NCBI RefSeq assembly: GCF_018350175.1
Contig: NC_058384.1
Span: forward strand, 32,302,001 to 32,366,000
Length of the DNA stretch: 64,000 nt
DNA from: Felis catus
Lineage: Eukaryota
Direction: 5' to 3'
The position numbers and the translations under genes are program-made. The notes under the pieces were generated by a model. That model saw only the letters and a list, made by a program, of their open reading frames with translations. It was not told the origin of the DNA and made no database searches. Of this stretch, positions 1-13,582 are shown piece by piece. Position 1 is the stretch's first letter, and each line of letters opens with the position of its first letter.

Positions 1-1170
1 AGAATGAATCTGAACCCTTACCTAACACCACATACAAAAATTAACTCAAACTGATTGAATACTTAAGTGTAAGAGCTAACCCTATAAAAACTCTAAGAAA
101 ACATAGGTATAAATCTTCATAACCTTGAATTAAGTAAGCAATGGTTTCTTAGATATGATGCCTAAGGCACAGGCAACAAAAAAAAGAACAAAGTGGANNN
201 NNNNNNNNNNNNNNNNNNNNNNNNNNNNNNNNNNNNNNNNNNNNNNNNNNNNNNNNNNNNNNNNNNNNNNNNNNNNNNNNNNNNNNNNNNNNNNNNNNNN
301 NNNNNNNNNNNNNNNNNNNNNNNNNNNNNNNNNNNNNNNNNNNNNNNNNNNNNNNNNNNNNNNNNNNNNNGGAATGAGCAAAGGATTTGAACAGACATTT
401 CCCTAAGGAANNNNNNNNNNNNNNNNNNNNNNNNNNNNNNNNNNNNNNNNNNNNNNNNNNNNNNNNNNNNNNNNNNNNNNNNNNNNNNNNNNNNNNNNNN
501 NNNNNNNNNNNNNNNNNNNNNNNNNNNNNNNNNNNNNNNNNNNNNNNNNNNNNNNNNNNNNNGGCTGATGGGGAATGGAAAATGGTGCAGCCACTTTATA
601 AAAGTTTGGCATTTCCTCAAAAAGTTAAACATAGAATTACCATATGACTCAGCAGTTCTCCCTAGACATATGCTCCCACAAAAACGTCTACGTGAATGTT
701 CATAGCAGTATTCATATAACCAAAAGTGGAAATAACCTGAATTTCCATCAGCTGATAAATGGGTAAACAAAATATATCCGTACAGTGGAATATTATTTGG
801 CCTTAAAAAGGGATAAAGCAGTGATACACAACAACTTGGAAGAACCATGAAAACATGCTATAGGAAATGTGTCAGTCACAAAAGGCCCCAGACTGTGTGA
901 TTCCATTTATATGAAATGTCCAGAAGAGACAAATCTGTAGAGACAGAAAGATTAGTGGCTGCTGGGTGGGAGGAGGGGAGAATGGGGAATCACTGCTAAT
1001 GGGAACAGGCTTTCTTCTGGGGGTGATGAGAGTGTTATGGAAATAGATAGCGGTGATGGTTGCACATTGTGAATCTCCTAAAAGCCATTGAATTGTATGT
1101 GTAATTTTAAGGGTGAATTTTATGATATGTGAATTACCTCTCAACAAATCAATACTAATAAAAAATACAA
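1..1170 (+). mobile_element. Old L1 (L1MB-like) ORF2 3' part and 3' UTR, partly N-masked
   Basis: Decayed ORF2 text (aattaactcaaa..., aacagacatttccc, aaagttaaacatagaattaccatatgac), L1MB-type 3' UTR and an A-rich end. Confidence 0.85.
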
Positions 1171-1174
1171 TTAA

Positions 1175-1353
1175 GAGGCACCTGGATGGCTCAGTTGGTT
1201 AAACGTCCGATTCTTGATTTTGGCTCAGGTCATGATCTCACGCTTCCTGAGACCAAGTCCCATGTCAGGCTCTGAGCTAATAGCATGCAGCCTGCTTGGG
1301 ATTCTTAACCTGTCTCCCCTTCTGCCTCTTTATCTCAAAATAAATAAATAAAC
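1175..1353 (+). mobile_element. CanSINE (older subfamily)
   Basis: gaggcacctggatggctcagttggttaa head, AATAAA tail, diverged TSD aaaatacaatt/aaaatgcaatt. Confidence 0.9.
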
Positions 1354-1384
1354 TTTTTTAAAAATGCAATTCGTGTCAAAAAAA

Positions 1385-2625
1385 AGAAAGAAACCCACAC
1401 ATATAAGGTCAATTAACTTATGACAAAGGAGCCAAGAATATACAATGGGGAAGGGCAGTCTCTTCAACAACTGAACAGCCCCATGCAAAAGAGTGAAACT
1501 GGACCACCTATTTCACCATACATAAACATCAACTCAAAATGGATTAAAGACTTGAACATAAGACCTTAAACCATACAACTTATAGAAGAGAACACAGGCA
1601 GTAAGCTCCTTGATGTGGGTTTCGATGATGATTAAATTTGACACCAACAGCAAAGATAAACATGAAGCTATATCCAACTAAAAGCTTCTGCATAGCAAAG
1701 AAAACCATCAATAAAATGAANNNNNNNNNNNNNNNNNNNNNNNNNNNNNNNNNNNNNNNNNNNNNNNNNNNNNNNNNNNNNNNNNNNNNNNNNNNNNNNN
1801 NNNNNNNNNNNNNNNNNNNNNNNNNNNNNNNNNNNNNNNNNNNNNNNNNNNNNNNNNNNNNNNNNNNNNNNNNNNNNNNNNNNNNNNNNNNNNNNNNNGG
1901 CACATAAAAAGATACTCTATATCATAATCATGAAGAAATGCAAACAAAGCCACCATGAAATATCACCTCACACTTATTAGAAGGGATATTAACNNNNNNN
2001 NNNNNNNNNNNNNNNNNNNNNNNNNNNNNNNNNNNNNNNNNNNNNNNNNNNNNNNNNNNNNNNNNNNNNNNNNNNNNNNNNNNNNNNNNNNNNNNNNNNN
2101 NNNNNNNNNNNNNNNNNNNNNNNNNNNNNNNNNNNNNNNNNNNNNNNNNNNNNNNNNNNNNNNNNNNNNNNNNNNNNNNNNNNNNNGACAAGATATCTGC
2201 ACCACCATGTTCACTGCACCATTATTTACAATAGCCAAGACACGGNNNNNNNNNNNNNNNNNNNNNNNNNNNNNNNNNNNNNNNNNNNNNNNNNNNNNNN
2301 NNNNNNNNNNNNNNNNNNNNNNNNNNNNNNNNNNNNNNNNNNNNNNNNNNNNNNNNNNNNNNNNNNNNNNNNNNNNNNNNNNNNNNNNNNNNNNNNNNNN
2401 NNNNNNNNNNNNNNNNNNNNNGACAAATACTGTATGATCTCTCTTATATATGGAAACTTAAAAAAAAAAAAAAAGCTTATATATAAAGAGAACAGATTGG
2501 TGGTGGCCAGAGGCAGGGGGAAGGGTGAGAGAAATCGGTGAATTACTATTTTTTTTTAGTTTAAATAGAATTATTGTTTATTTAAAAATATTAAAAATCT
2601 CTTTAAAAGTTAAAAAAAAAAAAAA
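1385..2625 (+). mobile_element. L1 ORF2 3' fragment plus 3' UTR (L1MA/L1_Carn-like), partly N-masked
   Basis: tgacaaaggagccaagaatatacaatgggg, aactcaaaatggattaaagactt, ORF2 peptide DICTTMFTAPLFTIAK, and poly(A). Confidence 0.85.
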
Positions 2626-2669
2626 GAAGCTGGTACTGTCTCCATAATAGTGAGCATAGAATCTGGTAA

Positions 2670-2850
2670 GGAGGCAGCCAGGTATGATGGAAAGCACATC
2701 CTGTTTACTAAGCCAGGTGGCCTTGAACAAGTCATTTAACCTCCTGGATTCTTTGTTTCCTCATCTATAAAATAGGGACTATAATAACTAACCTCCAAAA
2801 GAATTCTGTGTGAGAACTAAATAAAAGCCAGCGTCCAGGCAAGTGCAATT
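2670..2850 (+). mobile_element. MIR fragment
   Basis: Core ccttgaacaagtcatttaacctc...gtttcctcatctataaaataggg. Confidence 0.7.
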
Positions 2851-3223
2851 AGTAGATGTTAGAGTATTTCTACCTCAGATGATCACTTGGAGAGCATCAC
2901 AGTGGATGACAAGGGAAAGCGACAAAGACAGGCCTTACTAGTGGCAAAAGCTGTTGGATTCATATCACCTGCTGCCTTATAACAACCTGTTCTAAGCAAA
3001 AAGTGTTCCATGATTAAATGTTTAGGAAGTGCTGAATTAAATAAATGTCCCTACTTTATGGCAAAACTGCAAAAGACGACAGACTAGGCAAAAGTTTTCC
3101 AATGAATTTTGCCAAGGATCCCTATTTAAGATCCCTTCTTTAGTCTCCCAAGAAATTATTTCCTTAAAATAATAACTTTGGGAATACTTTGGGGAAAGCT
3201 GACCTCTTGCAATGAGCCTAGGA

Positions 3224-4280
3224 AGGGAATTAAAAGCAAAAATGNNNNNNNNNNNNNNNNNNNNNNNNNNNNNNNNNNNNNNNNNNNNNNNNNNNNNNNN
3301 NNNNNNNNNNNNNNNNNNNNNNNNNNNNNNNNNNNNNNNNNNNNNNNNNNNNNNNNNNNNNNNNNNNNNNNNNNNNNNNNNNNNNNNNNNNNNNAAACTC
3401 CACACCCAAAAAATAATCCAGTGAAGAAATGGGCAGAAAACATGAATAGACACTTCTCTAAAGAAGGCACCCAGATGGCCAACAGGCACAAGAAAGGATG
3501 NNNNNNNNNNNNNNNNNNNNNNNNNNNNNNNNNNNNNNNNNNNNNNNNNNNNNNNNNNNNNNNNNNNNNNNNNNNNNNNNNNNNNNNNNNNNNNNNNNNN
3601 NNNNNNNNNNNNNNNNNNNNNNNNNNNNNNNNNNNNNNNNNCTGTTGGCGGGAATGCAAACTGGTGCAGCTGCTCGGCAAAAAAGTGTGGAGGTTCCTCA
3701 AAAAATTAAAAATACAACTACCCTATGACCCAGCAATAGCACTACTAGGAATTTATCAAAGGATACAGGATTGCTGATGCATAGGGGCACATGTACCCCA
3801 ATGTTTATAGCAGCACTTTCAACAATAGCCAAATTATGGAAAGAGCCTAAATGTCCATCAACTGATGAATGGATTAAGAAACTGTGGTTTATATACACAA
3901 TGGAATACTACGTGGCAATGAGAAAGAATGAAATATGGCCTTTTGTAGCAACATGGATAAAACTGGAGAGTGTTATGCTAAGTGAAATAAGTCATACAGA
4001 GAAAGTCAGATACCATATGTTTTCACTCTTATGTGGATCCTGAGAAACTTAACAGAAGACCATGGGGGAAGCGATGGAAAAAAAAAAAAAAGGTTAGAGA
4101 GGGAGGGAGCCAAAACATAAAAGACTCTTAAAAACTGAGAACAAACTGAGGGTTGATGGGGGGTGGGAGGGAGGGGAGGGTGGGTGATGGGTACTGAGGA
4201 GGGCGCCTGTTGGGATGAGCACTGGGTGTTGTATGGAAACCAATTTGATAATAAATTTCATATTAAAAAAGAAAGAAAGA
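3224..4280 (+). mobile_element. Young 5'-truncated felid-type L1 with perfect 13-bp TSD
   Basis: ORF2p C-terminus (…TCTPMFIAALSTIAKLWKEPKCPSTDEWIKK…FSLLCGS, 3771-4043), G-rich 3' UTR, AATAAA and A-rich tail. TSD AATGAGCCTAGGA at 3211-3223 and 4281-4293. Confidence 0.95.
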
Positions 4281-6213
4281 AATGAGCCTAGGACTGAGAG
4301 TCAGGAGACCTGGCCTCTAGTTCTGGTCCAAGTAAATTTACCTCCCTGGGCCTCAGTGTCCTCTTCTCCAAAATGGGAAACTTAGGCCAGAATCTCTCCT
4401 CCAAGATCTTTTTGGATCTAACTTTCCACAATTCTATGGTTTCTGCAAAATATACTAGATTGTCTTGCGTTGGAGGGAAGGTGAACCAGAGACCTCTGAA
4501 TTTCCAAATAATTCTTCAAAAATGCCCATACTTTCAGCTCCAAATATCACAAACAAAAGCAAAAAAAAATTAACTTCTTTATGGCATGAGCATTTCCAGA
4601 AGTATTACAACTCATTCATGGCATATGAATATATCACTTTCCACTAGTTCTAAACACCACTGGTTCACCTAATGTTTCCAGATGCTTCTGCAACTAGCTC
4701 CGTTATATTTAAATTCTGCCCACTAAATTGAATAAGATGTTCCCTCTTCTCTTGCAACAAAGCTGTCTGGTTCAAAAAAATAACAGAGCTATCAAGGGAC
4801 AACAGGAAAACTGCACCGTGCAGGCAGGTGGCTCATGTAAAAAACCCTCATGTGATTCATTTCCCAGGACTAACTCGTGATCGACTCCAACTCTGCATCT
4901 TCACCTACAACTAGAATGTTACAGCGGTGGCTTACAGAAGATGAAGTAGTGGTTCCCCTTCCACACAAGCAGTACGTTCTAGAAGGTTTAGAATCTATCA
5001 GCTATTACCAATATATATAAATAATTCATTTGCGATTGATCAAAGACTAGCACTAACCATAAGATTTATACTTTTTGTTTCCTAAATAAATCAAGGGATA
5101 CACCAGTATTATAGAGATGTCAGTTCTCACCAAATTTATACACATATTCAATGTGATTTCAATCAAAAGTCAACCAAGATGTTTTGTTTTGGGGTTGTTT
5201 CCGTTTTGTTTTGTTGTTACAGAAATTGGTAAGATGTTTCTTCAATTTTTTATGGAAAGCCAAAGATCCAAGAGTACCTAAGACAAGCTGAGAGAATGAT
5301 GGCAGGGAAATTATATTACAAGCAACAATAATTATAAAACTTCCTTAATTAGGACAGTACAATGTTGACTCAGGAGACACACCATTGGACATCTGATTTA
5401 TGATAAAGATAGTGCTGCACATCAGTGGGGAATTGATGGACTTTTCAATGAATGTTGATCTTTATATCATACATAAAATTAATTCCAAATAGAGTATAAA
5501 TCTAAATAGGAAAGGTAAAAAAAGATAAAGCTTCCCGAAGATAATATAGAGTGATATCTTCACCATCTTGGAGTAAACAAACATTTCTTAATGAGGACAC
5601 AGAAACCACTAACAATAAAGGAAAAAACTGAGAAACAGGACCTAATGAAAATGTTAAATACCTACATATCAAAAAACATCATTAAAAGAGTAAAATATGG
5701 AAGTTATAGAGTAAGAGAGAACATATTTGCAAAACACAAAACCAACAAAAGACTTACCTGGAATATATAAAGATTATTTATAAATCAAGAAGAATAAAGC
5801 AAGTGACTCAATTTTTGTTAATGGTCAAAAGACTTCTAAGGGCACTTCTCAAAAGAGAAAATACAAGTAGTCAATAAACATACGTGAAGATGCTTAAACC
5901 TTAGTCATCAAGAAAATGCAAATTAAAATCATGATGAAATACCATACACACACACACACACACGAAGAACTAAAATCAAGAAGATGGACAATTCCAAGTT
6001 TCAGAAAGGATATGTAGCCACTGGAATCTTTCATGTATACTGGTTAGACAATAAATGGGTGCAACCACATCAGAAAACTGGTGACTTCTACTGAAACTGA
6101 TCACACACATATACTAAGACCCAGCAATGCCATTCCTGCATCTGTACCCATAAAAGTGTGGCACGTGTGCACTAAAAGACATGTACAAGATTTTTCAGAG
6201 TAACATTATTTGT

Positions 6214-6454
6214 TTTTTTTGTGTGTGTGTTTTTTTTAATTTTTTTTTCAACGTTTTTTATTTATTTTTGGGACAGAGAGAGACAGAGCATGAACGGGGG
6301 AGGGGCAGAGAGAGAGGGAGACACAGAATCGGAAACAGGCTCCAGGCTCTGAGCCATCAGCCCAGAGCCTGACACGGGGCTCGAACTCACGGACCGCGAG
6401 ATCGTGACCTGGCTGAAGTTGGACGCTCAACCGACTGCGCCACCCAGGCGCCCC
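6214..6454 (-). mobile_element. Young felid CanSINE (SINEC_Fc type)
   Basis: Full-length, CpG-intact; TSD CAGAGTAACATTATTTGT at 6196-6213 and 6455-6472. Confidence 0.97.
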
Positions 6455-6735
6455 CAGAGTAACATTATTTGTAAGAGCATTAGTCTAAAAGCAATTTAAA
6501 AAGTCCATCAATAGTTGGATAGACATAATTATAGTATATTCAGACAATGGAATAATACAGCAATAAAAATGAATAAACTATTGCTAGACATAATGATACT
6601 GATGAATCTTTCAAACATTATGTTGAAAGAAGCAAGACACCAAAAAGAAATATAGTCAGCTCTGCCAAAATGTGATGTATATGTTCCTAAAGATCACCAC
6701 ACTATGCAAAATCAAGCATTAAACCACAGGGCTTA

Positions 6736-7293
6736 GAAGATATTTACAAATGACATATCTGATATAGGGCTAGTATCTAAAATATATAAAAAACTTATAC
6801 AACTAACTCAACCCTCAAAACAACAAATAATCCAATTAAGAATGGGCAGNNNNNNNNNNNNNNNNNNNNNNNNNNNNNNNNNNNNNNNNNNNNNNNNNNN
6901 NNNNNNNNNNNNNNNNNNNNNNNNNNNNNNNNNNNNNNNNNNNNNNNNNNNNNNNNNNNNNNNNNNNNNNNNNNNNNNNNNNNNNNNNNNNNNNNNNNNN
7001 CACAAGAAACAACAAGTGTTGGTGAGGATGTGGGGAAAAAAGAATCCTGGTGCACTTTTGGTGGAAAGCAAACTGGTAGAGCCACTGTGGAAGAGAGTAT
7101 GGAGGTGCCTCAAAAAATTAAAAATAGAATTATCATATGATCCAGCAATTACACTACTGGGTATTTACCCAAAGAATACAAAAACACTAATTCAAAAAGA
7201 TATATGCACCAGGATGTTTATGGCAGCACTATTTACAATAGAAATTATGGAACCAGCCCAAGGGTCCACCAACAGATGAATAAATAAGTGGTG

Positions 7294-7344
<51 letters not shown>

Positions 7345-7722
7345 AAATATTATTAAGCCATAAAAAGAATGAAATCTTGCCATTTGTAACAACCTGAGTG
7401 GATCTAGAAAGTAAAATGCTAAGTGAAATAAGTCAGTCAGAGAAAGACAAATACCATATGATTTCACTCATATGTGGAATTTAAGAAACAAAACGAACAA
7501 AGAAAAAAGAAACAAACCAAAAACAGCCTCTCAAATATAGAGAACAAACTGATGATTACCAGAGGGGAGATGGATGGGGAGTGGGGGTTAAATAGGTAAA
7601 GGGGATTAAGAATACACTTATCATGATGAGCACCGAGTAATGTATAGGATTGTTGCATGACAGTATTATATATCTGTAAGTTATACAATATTGTATGTTA
7701 ATACTGGAGTTAAAAAAAAAAC
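6736..7722 (+). mobile_element. 5'-truncated carnivore L1 (L1_Carn-like) with internal (CA)n
   Basis: ORF2 peptide [52 protein letters not shown], carnivore-type 3' UTR and poly(A). Confidence 0.9.
7297..7341. repeat. (CA)n microsatellite
   Basis: Uninterrupted CA run. Confidence 0.95.
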
Positions 7723-7818
7723 TAAGGGTTAAGGAAAAAAACCATAAGGGCATAGAGTTAAGGGCATAGTATTCAAAAACTTTGTCAGTGACACATAAAA
7801 GTAAAAAAACAAATCTAA

Positions 7819-7945
7819 GGGATGCCTGGGTGGCTCAGGTGGTTGAGCATCCAACTCTTGATTTCAGCTCAGGTCAAGATCTCGCGTTTCAAGAGACCGA
7901 GCCCCACATCAGGCTCTCCTCTGTCAGAGAGGAGCCTGCTTAGAA

Positions 7946-7989
<44 letters not shown>

Positions 7990-8039
7990 TCCTCCCACAC
8001 TTGCCCTCTCTCTCAAAATAAATAAAACACTAAAAAAAG
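7819..8039 (+). mobile_element. CanSINE
   Basis: tRNA-like head, (CT)n, AATAAA tail, TSD aaatctaa. Confidence 0.93.
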
Positions 8040-8165
8040 AAATCTAATAATATTGGTAGCATGGATTTACACATGTAAAATTGTTAAGAAATGAATCAAG
8101 TACTAAAATAATATTTGTATTTGCAAAGTAGGTTTCCTTATTGAAGTGGACATAAAAAACCAAAG

Positions 8166-8281
8166 GGGGCACCTGGGTGGCTCAGTCAGTTGACTCTTGA
8201 TTTTGGCTCAGGTCATGATCTCAAGGTTCATGGGATCAATACCCACATCAGTTTTTGTGCTGAGCATGGAGCCTGCTTGGG

Positions 8282-8327
<46 letters not shown>

Positions 8328-8406
8328 CCTCCTCTGTTCACACGTGCATGCTTGCACTCTCTCTCCCCCCCAAATAGTAAATAAACTTTAATAATAATAA
8401 AAAAAG
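8166..8406 (+). mobile_element. CanSINE
   Basis: ggggcacctgggtggctcagt head, (CT)n, A-rich tail. Confidence 0.92.
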
Positions 8407-10289
8407 AAGTGGGTATCAGAGGGCTGCAGCTTGTGGGTAATCATGGAGTGATGGAAGGAGGGCTATCTGATGCTGGACGGAGTGTTGTAATACAGGATGT
8501 GGATGGGTGTGGTTCACAATGAGGAACGGAAGCAGCTGGTAGATGTTTGAGGTGTGTGCATGTGGGTATGTTCTGTACTTCTACTGGGCTCAATTCAGCT
8601 GGGTGCAGTTTTCTGCATTCACCTAGGGTTTCTTGAAGACAAAACTACATATAAGCAAACACTCAACTGCATTATGCTCAGATTGCTGCCTAAGTAGTAA
8701 TCATGATGAAAGTGAAATCCATACTTTCAAAAACAAGCAGTACTGCTGAACTGATAGTACCTTATTACTCTATTTAAATAAAGTCCAAACACGGAAAATT
8801 CACCCCTGACATTAGATATCAGGATGCAGATTACTCTAGAGGGGGTTGTAACTAGAAAGGATCACAAAGAGAAACTTCTATAGTGCTGGGTATCAAACAG
8901 GTGTGTCTACTTTGAAAATTCATCATGCTGCACACTTAAGGTTTGTGCACTTCATGTATATGTTTAAATAAAAGTTCCAAAAAAAAGGCATGTTACATTA
9001 AAAATTGAAAAACAAGATCTACGCCTTTTGGGAAAGCTTCCTGGGCCTTGAAGATAAATGATGAGGTTTTCCTACCCCACTGGATAGACATTAAGTTCCT
9101 TCCCAAGCAAGTATACTAATCATCCATACTTATGTCACAAACATTTATATAGCTCTTCTCATGCAGCGTTCAGCAGTCCATCATTCACACCCTAAAGAAG
9201 AACAAAGTAGGATTCCTAAGTTACCAACTCCAGACAGGTACTTAGCAGAAACCCCAGCATCTTCCTAGCAGTGAAAAAGGAGCTAGATGACACAACTTCG
9301 AGTCTCAGCTCTGCCATTTCCTAGCTGAGTGGGTCTGTCAAGTCACTTAACTAAGTTCAAGCTCCCTCACTTACCTTTAAATAAGAATAATAATTCTGCT
9401 CAATCTATATTACAGGGCTGTAAGCAATGAAAACGCTTTTCAAAATGTAAAGAGATATATATTATAGGATACAATTAAGTATTTCCTCTCCCACGTTCAA
9501 CTGAAATTTAGTTGGTCTCCTCCCATGTTGGTGTAGGTCAACAATATCTTGGACATCAAGACTCCGAATAACAAGCATGGCTGGCATCACCTAAGGTTTT
9601 CTTTTTTTAAATACAGCCCCATGTGTAATGAGGGTTCCATAAAAGCATTTAGATGGTGATGGTGGTGAGCATTTGGTGCTCAGATGGATTTATGTCTTTG
9701 TGAGAAAAACGTGTGTCCACACAGCATTTTGATGTATGTTTAGATCTAGAGGCATTTTTAAAACTTCCTCTCCACCTTACTGGAGTCAGCCGTCAGTTAT
9801 CCGTGTGGAGACAAGACTTTTCGTTACAGCTGACACTGCCCCCACTCCACTCTCTGCTGCCCTGGTCATTGTCTTCCTAAGGCTCTTCCATTTTAATCTC
9901 CTAAAATTCAAGTTCTGTTTTCCTTATCAAATCAAGCAAATTGAAGAGGCTGCAAAATCTGATATCTAATAATATGCCTCTAAACCCAGGTGCTGATTAC
10001 TTGGATATGTTACAGTTTGGATTATCTGTACCACCAGACATCTGAAAGTTACCAAGAGCTGTTGGGTCCTTGTAGCCTTCAAGAATCTCAAAGCATATTA
10101 TAGATTCTACCCACTAAACTCAGTGGGAGAGACACACACACAGAATAGTGTTTTCTCCTTCTTAGCCATGGTGCAACAAATCTAGGCTTGAAGAGATTGG
10201 CACTAGCAGGGCACTTGAAGGGAAACTAGAAATTTCCCATATTGTTAAGTAATGCTGGAACTGAAAGATCAATTATGGGAGAGAATCTC

Positions 10290-10702
10290 AGGGTGATAAA
10301 AGGTGCATTTCAATCAGAATCACTAAAGATGTTTACTGAAATACAGATTCCTGAGTGCCAACCTAGACTTACTGAATCAGAATCTCTTAGAGGTAGGGGC
10401 TCAGGATTCTGCATTTTATTTTAAAGTTTATTTTATTTATGGAGAGAGAGAGAAGAGAGAGAAAGAAGAGAGAAAGCAAGGGAGGGACAGAGAGGGAGAG
10501 AAAGAGAGAATCCCAAGCAGGTTCCACACTGTCAGCATGGAGCCCAACATGGGGCTCGATCTCAGGAACCATGAGATCACGACCTGAGTCGAAACCAAGA
10601 GTCAGATGCTCAACTGACTGAGCTGCCCAGGAGCTCCATGGGTTCTGCATTTTAAATAAGCTTTGCAAGTGATTCTGATGAGCATCAAGTGTGGAAACCA
10701 TA
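10290..10702. mobile_element. MER5A-like hAT-Charlie element split by a CanSINE
   Basis: cagattcctg...actgaatcagaatctc...tctgcatttta[SINE]...gtgattctgatg...ggaaacca. Confidence 0.75.
10419..10637 (-). mobile_element. CanSINE
   Basis: Reverse-strand SINE; TSD ttctgcatttta on both sides. Confidence 0.93.
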
Positions 10703-11404
10703 CTGGAGGTTGAGCAAGAGAACAGCTGACATCATACTGATTAATGATGACACAAAGGGGAGCAATCTCATCAAGAAAGCTGTGTTAGACCAGGTCAACC
10801 TTGAAATCATTCAACATTGTGTTAATAATGAGAAATGCAGCTACCAGGCATCATGCATGGAGCCACAGACAGGAGGCAGGAGAGAATGTCATACATATTT
10901 AACATTGAGTTGTCACAGCAAATAAACAAAACCAGAAAATTTCCTACATACCATTCTGAGGGCTCATCAGAGGTGAGATGTGGCCCAGGTGTTCCTGCTA
11001 CTTCAGCATGCCCCTGGCTATATATACAACTAACCCCCAACTCATGTGCATCCATCTGTTTACTGGATGGATTGATAAAGAGCATTTCCTCTGCAGAGCT
11101 TGGCAAAGTCACATTACCAGGCATTGCAACTCATAAGGACACTAGAAATGCCAAACTACCATGATGAAAAACAGGGACTAGCATGGTTCCTGGACTTTAG
11201 CAGATGACCAGTGAATAGTTTTTGGATTTATAGAATGAAGTAGGAAAGAGACAATGAGATGGAATGATATGGGAGGATGGAAGGAAGAGTAAACGATAGA
11301 AGGAAGGTCAGGTGAATGGACAAATGGATGGACAGATGAACAAATGGATTAATGAACAGGTAGAATAACTATGCCAGACCAATTACCTTTCAGCCCCAAA
11401 ATAA

Positions 11405-12620
11405 TTTTAAAAAATTACTGAGATGTAATTAAAATACTTTAAAATTTGCCCATGTGAAGTGTATAATTCAATGGCTTTTAGTATACTCAGAGTTGTGCAA
11501 CCATCACAATCAATTTTAGAATACCGTATCAGCCCCCCCCCAAAGAGGACTCCATGCTCATTAGACATTACCCTCTAAAACCCCATCCCTTCCAGACCTA
11601 AAGTAACCATTAATTTATTTTTATCTCCATAGATTTACCTATTCTGGATATTTCATACAAATGGAATCATATCATATGTGGTCCTTTGTGATCGGCTTCT
11701 TTCACTTCAAGATTCATTTATGTTGTAGCATGTACCAGCACTTTATTCCTTTTTAGTGCTGAGTAACACTCCATTTTCTAGATTATACCACATCTTATTT
11801 ACCTATTCATCAATTGATGGACATACGGGCTGTTCCCACTTATTCCATTATTATGAATAATGCTGCTATGAACATTCATGTATAATGTATATAATTTGTG
11901 TAGATCTATATTTTCATTTTTCTTGGGTATATACCTAGGAGTAAATTTCTAGGGTAATTGTTTAACTTTTTGAAGAAGTTCCAGACTATTTTCCAAAATG
12001 TCTGCTTTCTACTATATTACATTTCCGCAGGTGGTGTATGAGGGTTCAAATTTCTCCTCACCAATATGTAGTTTTCATTTTGGGCTTGTTTATTCATTTC
12101 TTACTACAGCAATCCTAGTGGTTGTGAAGTGGTATCTCATAATGGCTTTGATTTGCATTTTCCTGATGGCTAATGATGCTCAATATCTTTTCATGTGACT
12201 ATTGGTCATCTGTAGATCTTCTTTGGATAAATATCTATTCAGTCCATTTTATATTGAGTTATGTGTCATTTCATTATTGAGTTGTAATAATTCTTCATGT
12301 ATTCCAGATACAAATTATCAGATATATGGTTTGCAAAATTTTTATGGTTGCATATTTACTTTCTTGATGATGTCCTTCAAATCACACACACAAAATTAAT
12401 TTTGATGATGTCCAACTGATCCATTATTTTTCCTTTTGTTACTTGTCTTTTGATGCCATATATAAGAAATCATTGGCTAACCAGGGCCACAAAGATTTGC
12501 CCCCAAAAGAATTTTGTAGTTTTAGTTTTTACACAGAGGTCTTTGATGAATTTTGAGTTGATTTTTGTATATGATATGAGGTAGGGATCCAACTTCATTT
12601 TTTTGCATGTTGAATATCCA
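11405..12620 (-). mobile_element. Old L1 (L1MB-like) 3' end and ORF2 fragment
   Basis: Reverse-complement L1 text (gtataattcaatggcttttagtata..., gtgaagtggtatctcat...atttgcattttcctgatggctaatgatg). Confidence 0.88.
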
Positions 12621-12912
12621 CCAAACTATTTTTGACAGAAGAAAGGGGCCATGTGGGTAGAATAGCATTAATATAATAATATTACCAATAATGAGCTACC
12701 ATTAGTAAGGGCTGTGCAGTTTTATATTTATTATTACCTTATTTAATCTCCACAGTCACCTACGAGGTGCATATTTTTCTTAATATACAGCTGAGAAGCT
12801 GAGTGTTAGTGTATCTTGTCCAAGGTCCCAAAGCTAGTAAATGATTCAATTGTGTTTGACTTCGGAGTCCTTTACCACCATTCTACACTACCACTAAAAC
12901 ACAACTCTCAGT

Positions 12913-13081
12913 GGGGCATCTGGGTGGCTTAGTCAGTTAAGGGTCCAACTTCAGCTCAGGTCATGATCTCGCAGTTTGTGGGTTTGAGCCCCACGTTGGG
13001 TTCTGACAGCTCAGAGCCTGGAGCCTACTTCAGATTCTCTTTTTCTCTCTCTCTCTGTCCCTCCCCCACTTGTGCGTGCTT

Positions 13082-13131
<50 letters not shown>

Positions 13132-13150
13132 ATAAACAGTAAAAAAAAAA
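12913..13150 (+). mobile_element. CanSINE
   Basis: Head, long (CT)n, poly(A); TSD cacaactctcag/cacaaccctcag. Confidence 0.93.
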
Positions 13151-13582
13151 ACCCACAACCCTCAGAAATTAGGAGATTTCTCAAACACACCTACCTTCTC
13201 TTAGCAATCCAATATGAATTCATGTATCAAGAATTTATATGATGCCTTCTATTTATATTTGAAGCATTTGATCATTTCTTGGATGTTTTAAATGGTATGT
13301 CTGACTCAAAGGAAAATCAGGATTTCTATAGAATTTAAGAAAGACTTCTTTTTCCGGCAATGACAGGTAAGTTATTTGGACTAATTCTCCCTGGAATTGG
13401 AAGTAAAAATCTCACCAGAAGAAAAAAAAAAACAAAAGTAAAATTGCTAGATAAATATTTTATTTTTTTCAAAAGGCTGGCAACGTTCAGTACAACAGTA
13501 AGGAATTTCCTGGCCAAAATCTAAGAAAAAGTGAGAACCAAGGGAGACAAGGGAAGTTCTTTAAAAAGTTTTTTTTTGTCAT

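Larger units (their letters stand above)
6653..8757. mobile_element. TcMar-Tigger DNA transposon fossil (Tigger9-like, tentative), split by an L1 and two SINEs
   Basis: Degenerate terminal inverted repeats tagtcagctctgc... / ...gctgaactgatag with TA flanks; internal gttcctaaagatcaccacactatgcaaaatc and caaaaactttgtcagtgacaca resemble the recalled Tigger consensus. Confidence 0.65.
5060..8990 (+). mobile_element. Ancient L1 (L1MC/ME-like) interrupted by nested elements
   Basis: Decayed ORF2 3' text at 5060-6650 resumes as 3' UTR at 8760-8990 after the Tigger insertion. Confidence 0.75.

Noticed and set aside
130-7279. Long ORFs containing X runs
   Set aside because: They stay open only because Ns hide stop codons; readable parts are decayed L1 ORF2 or its antisense.
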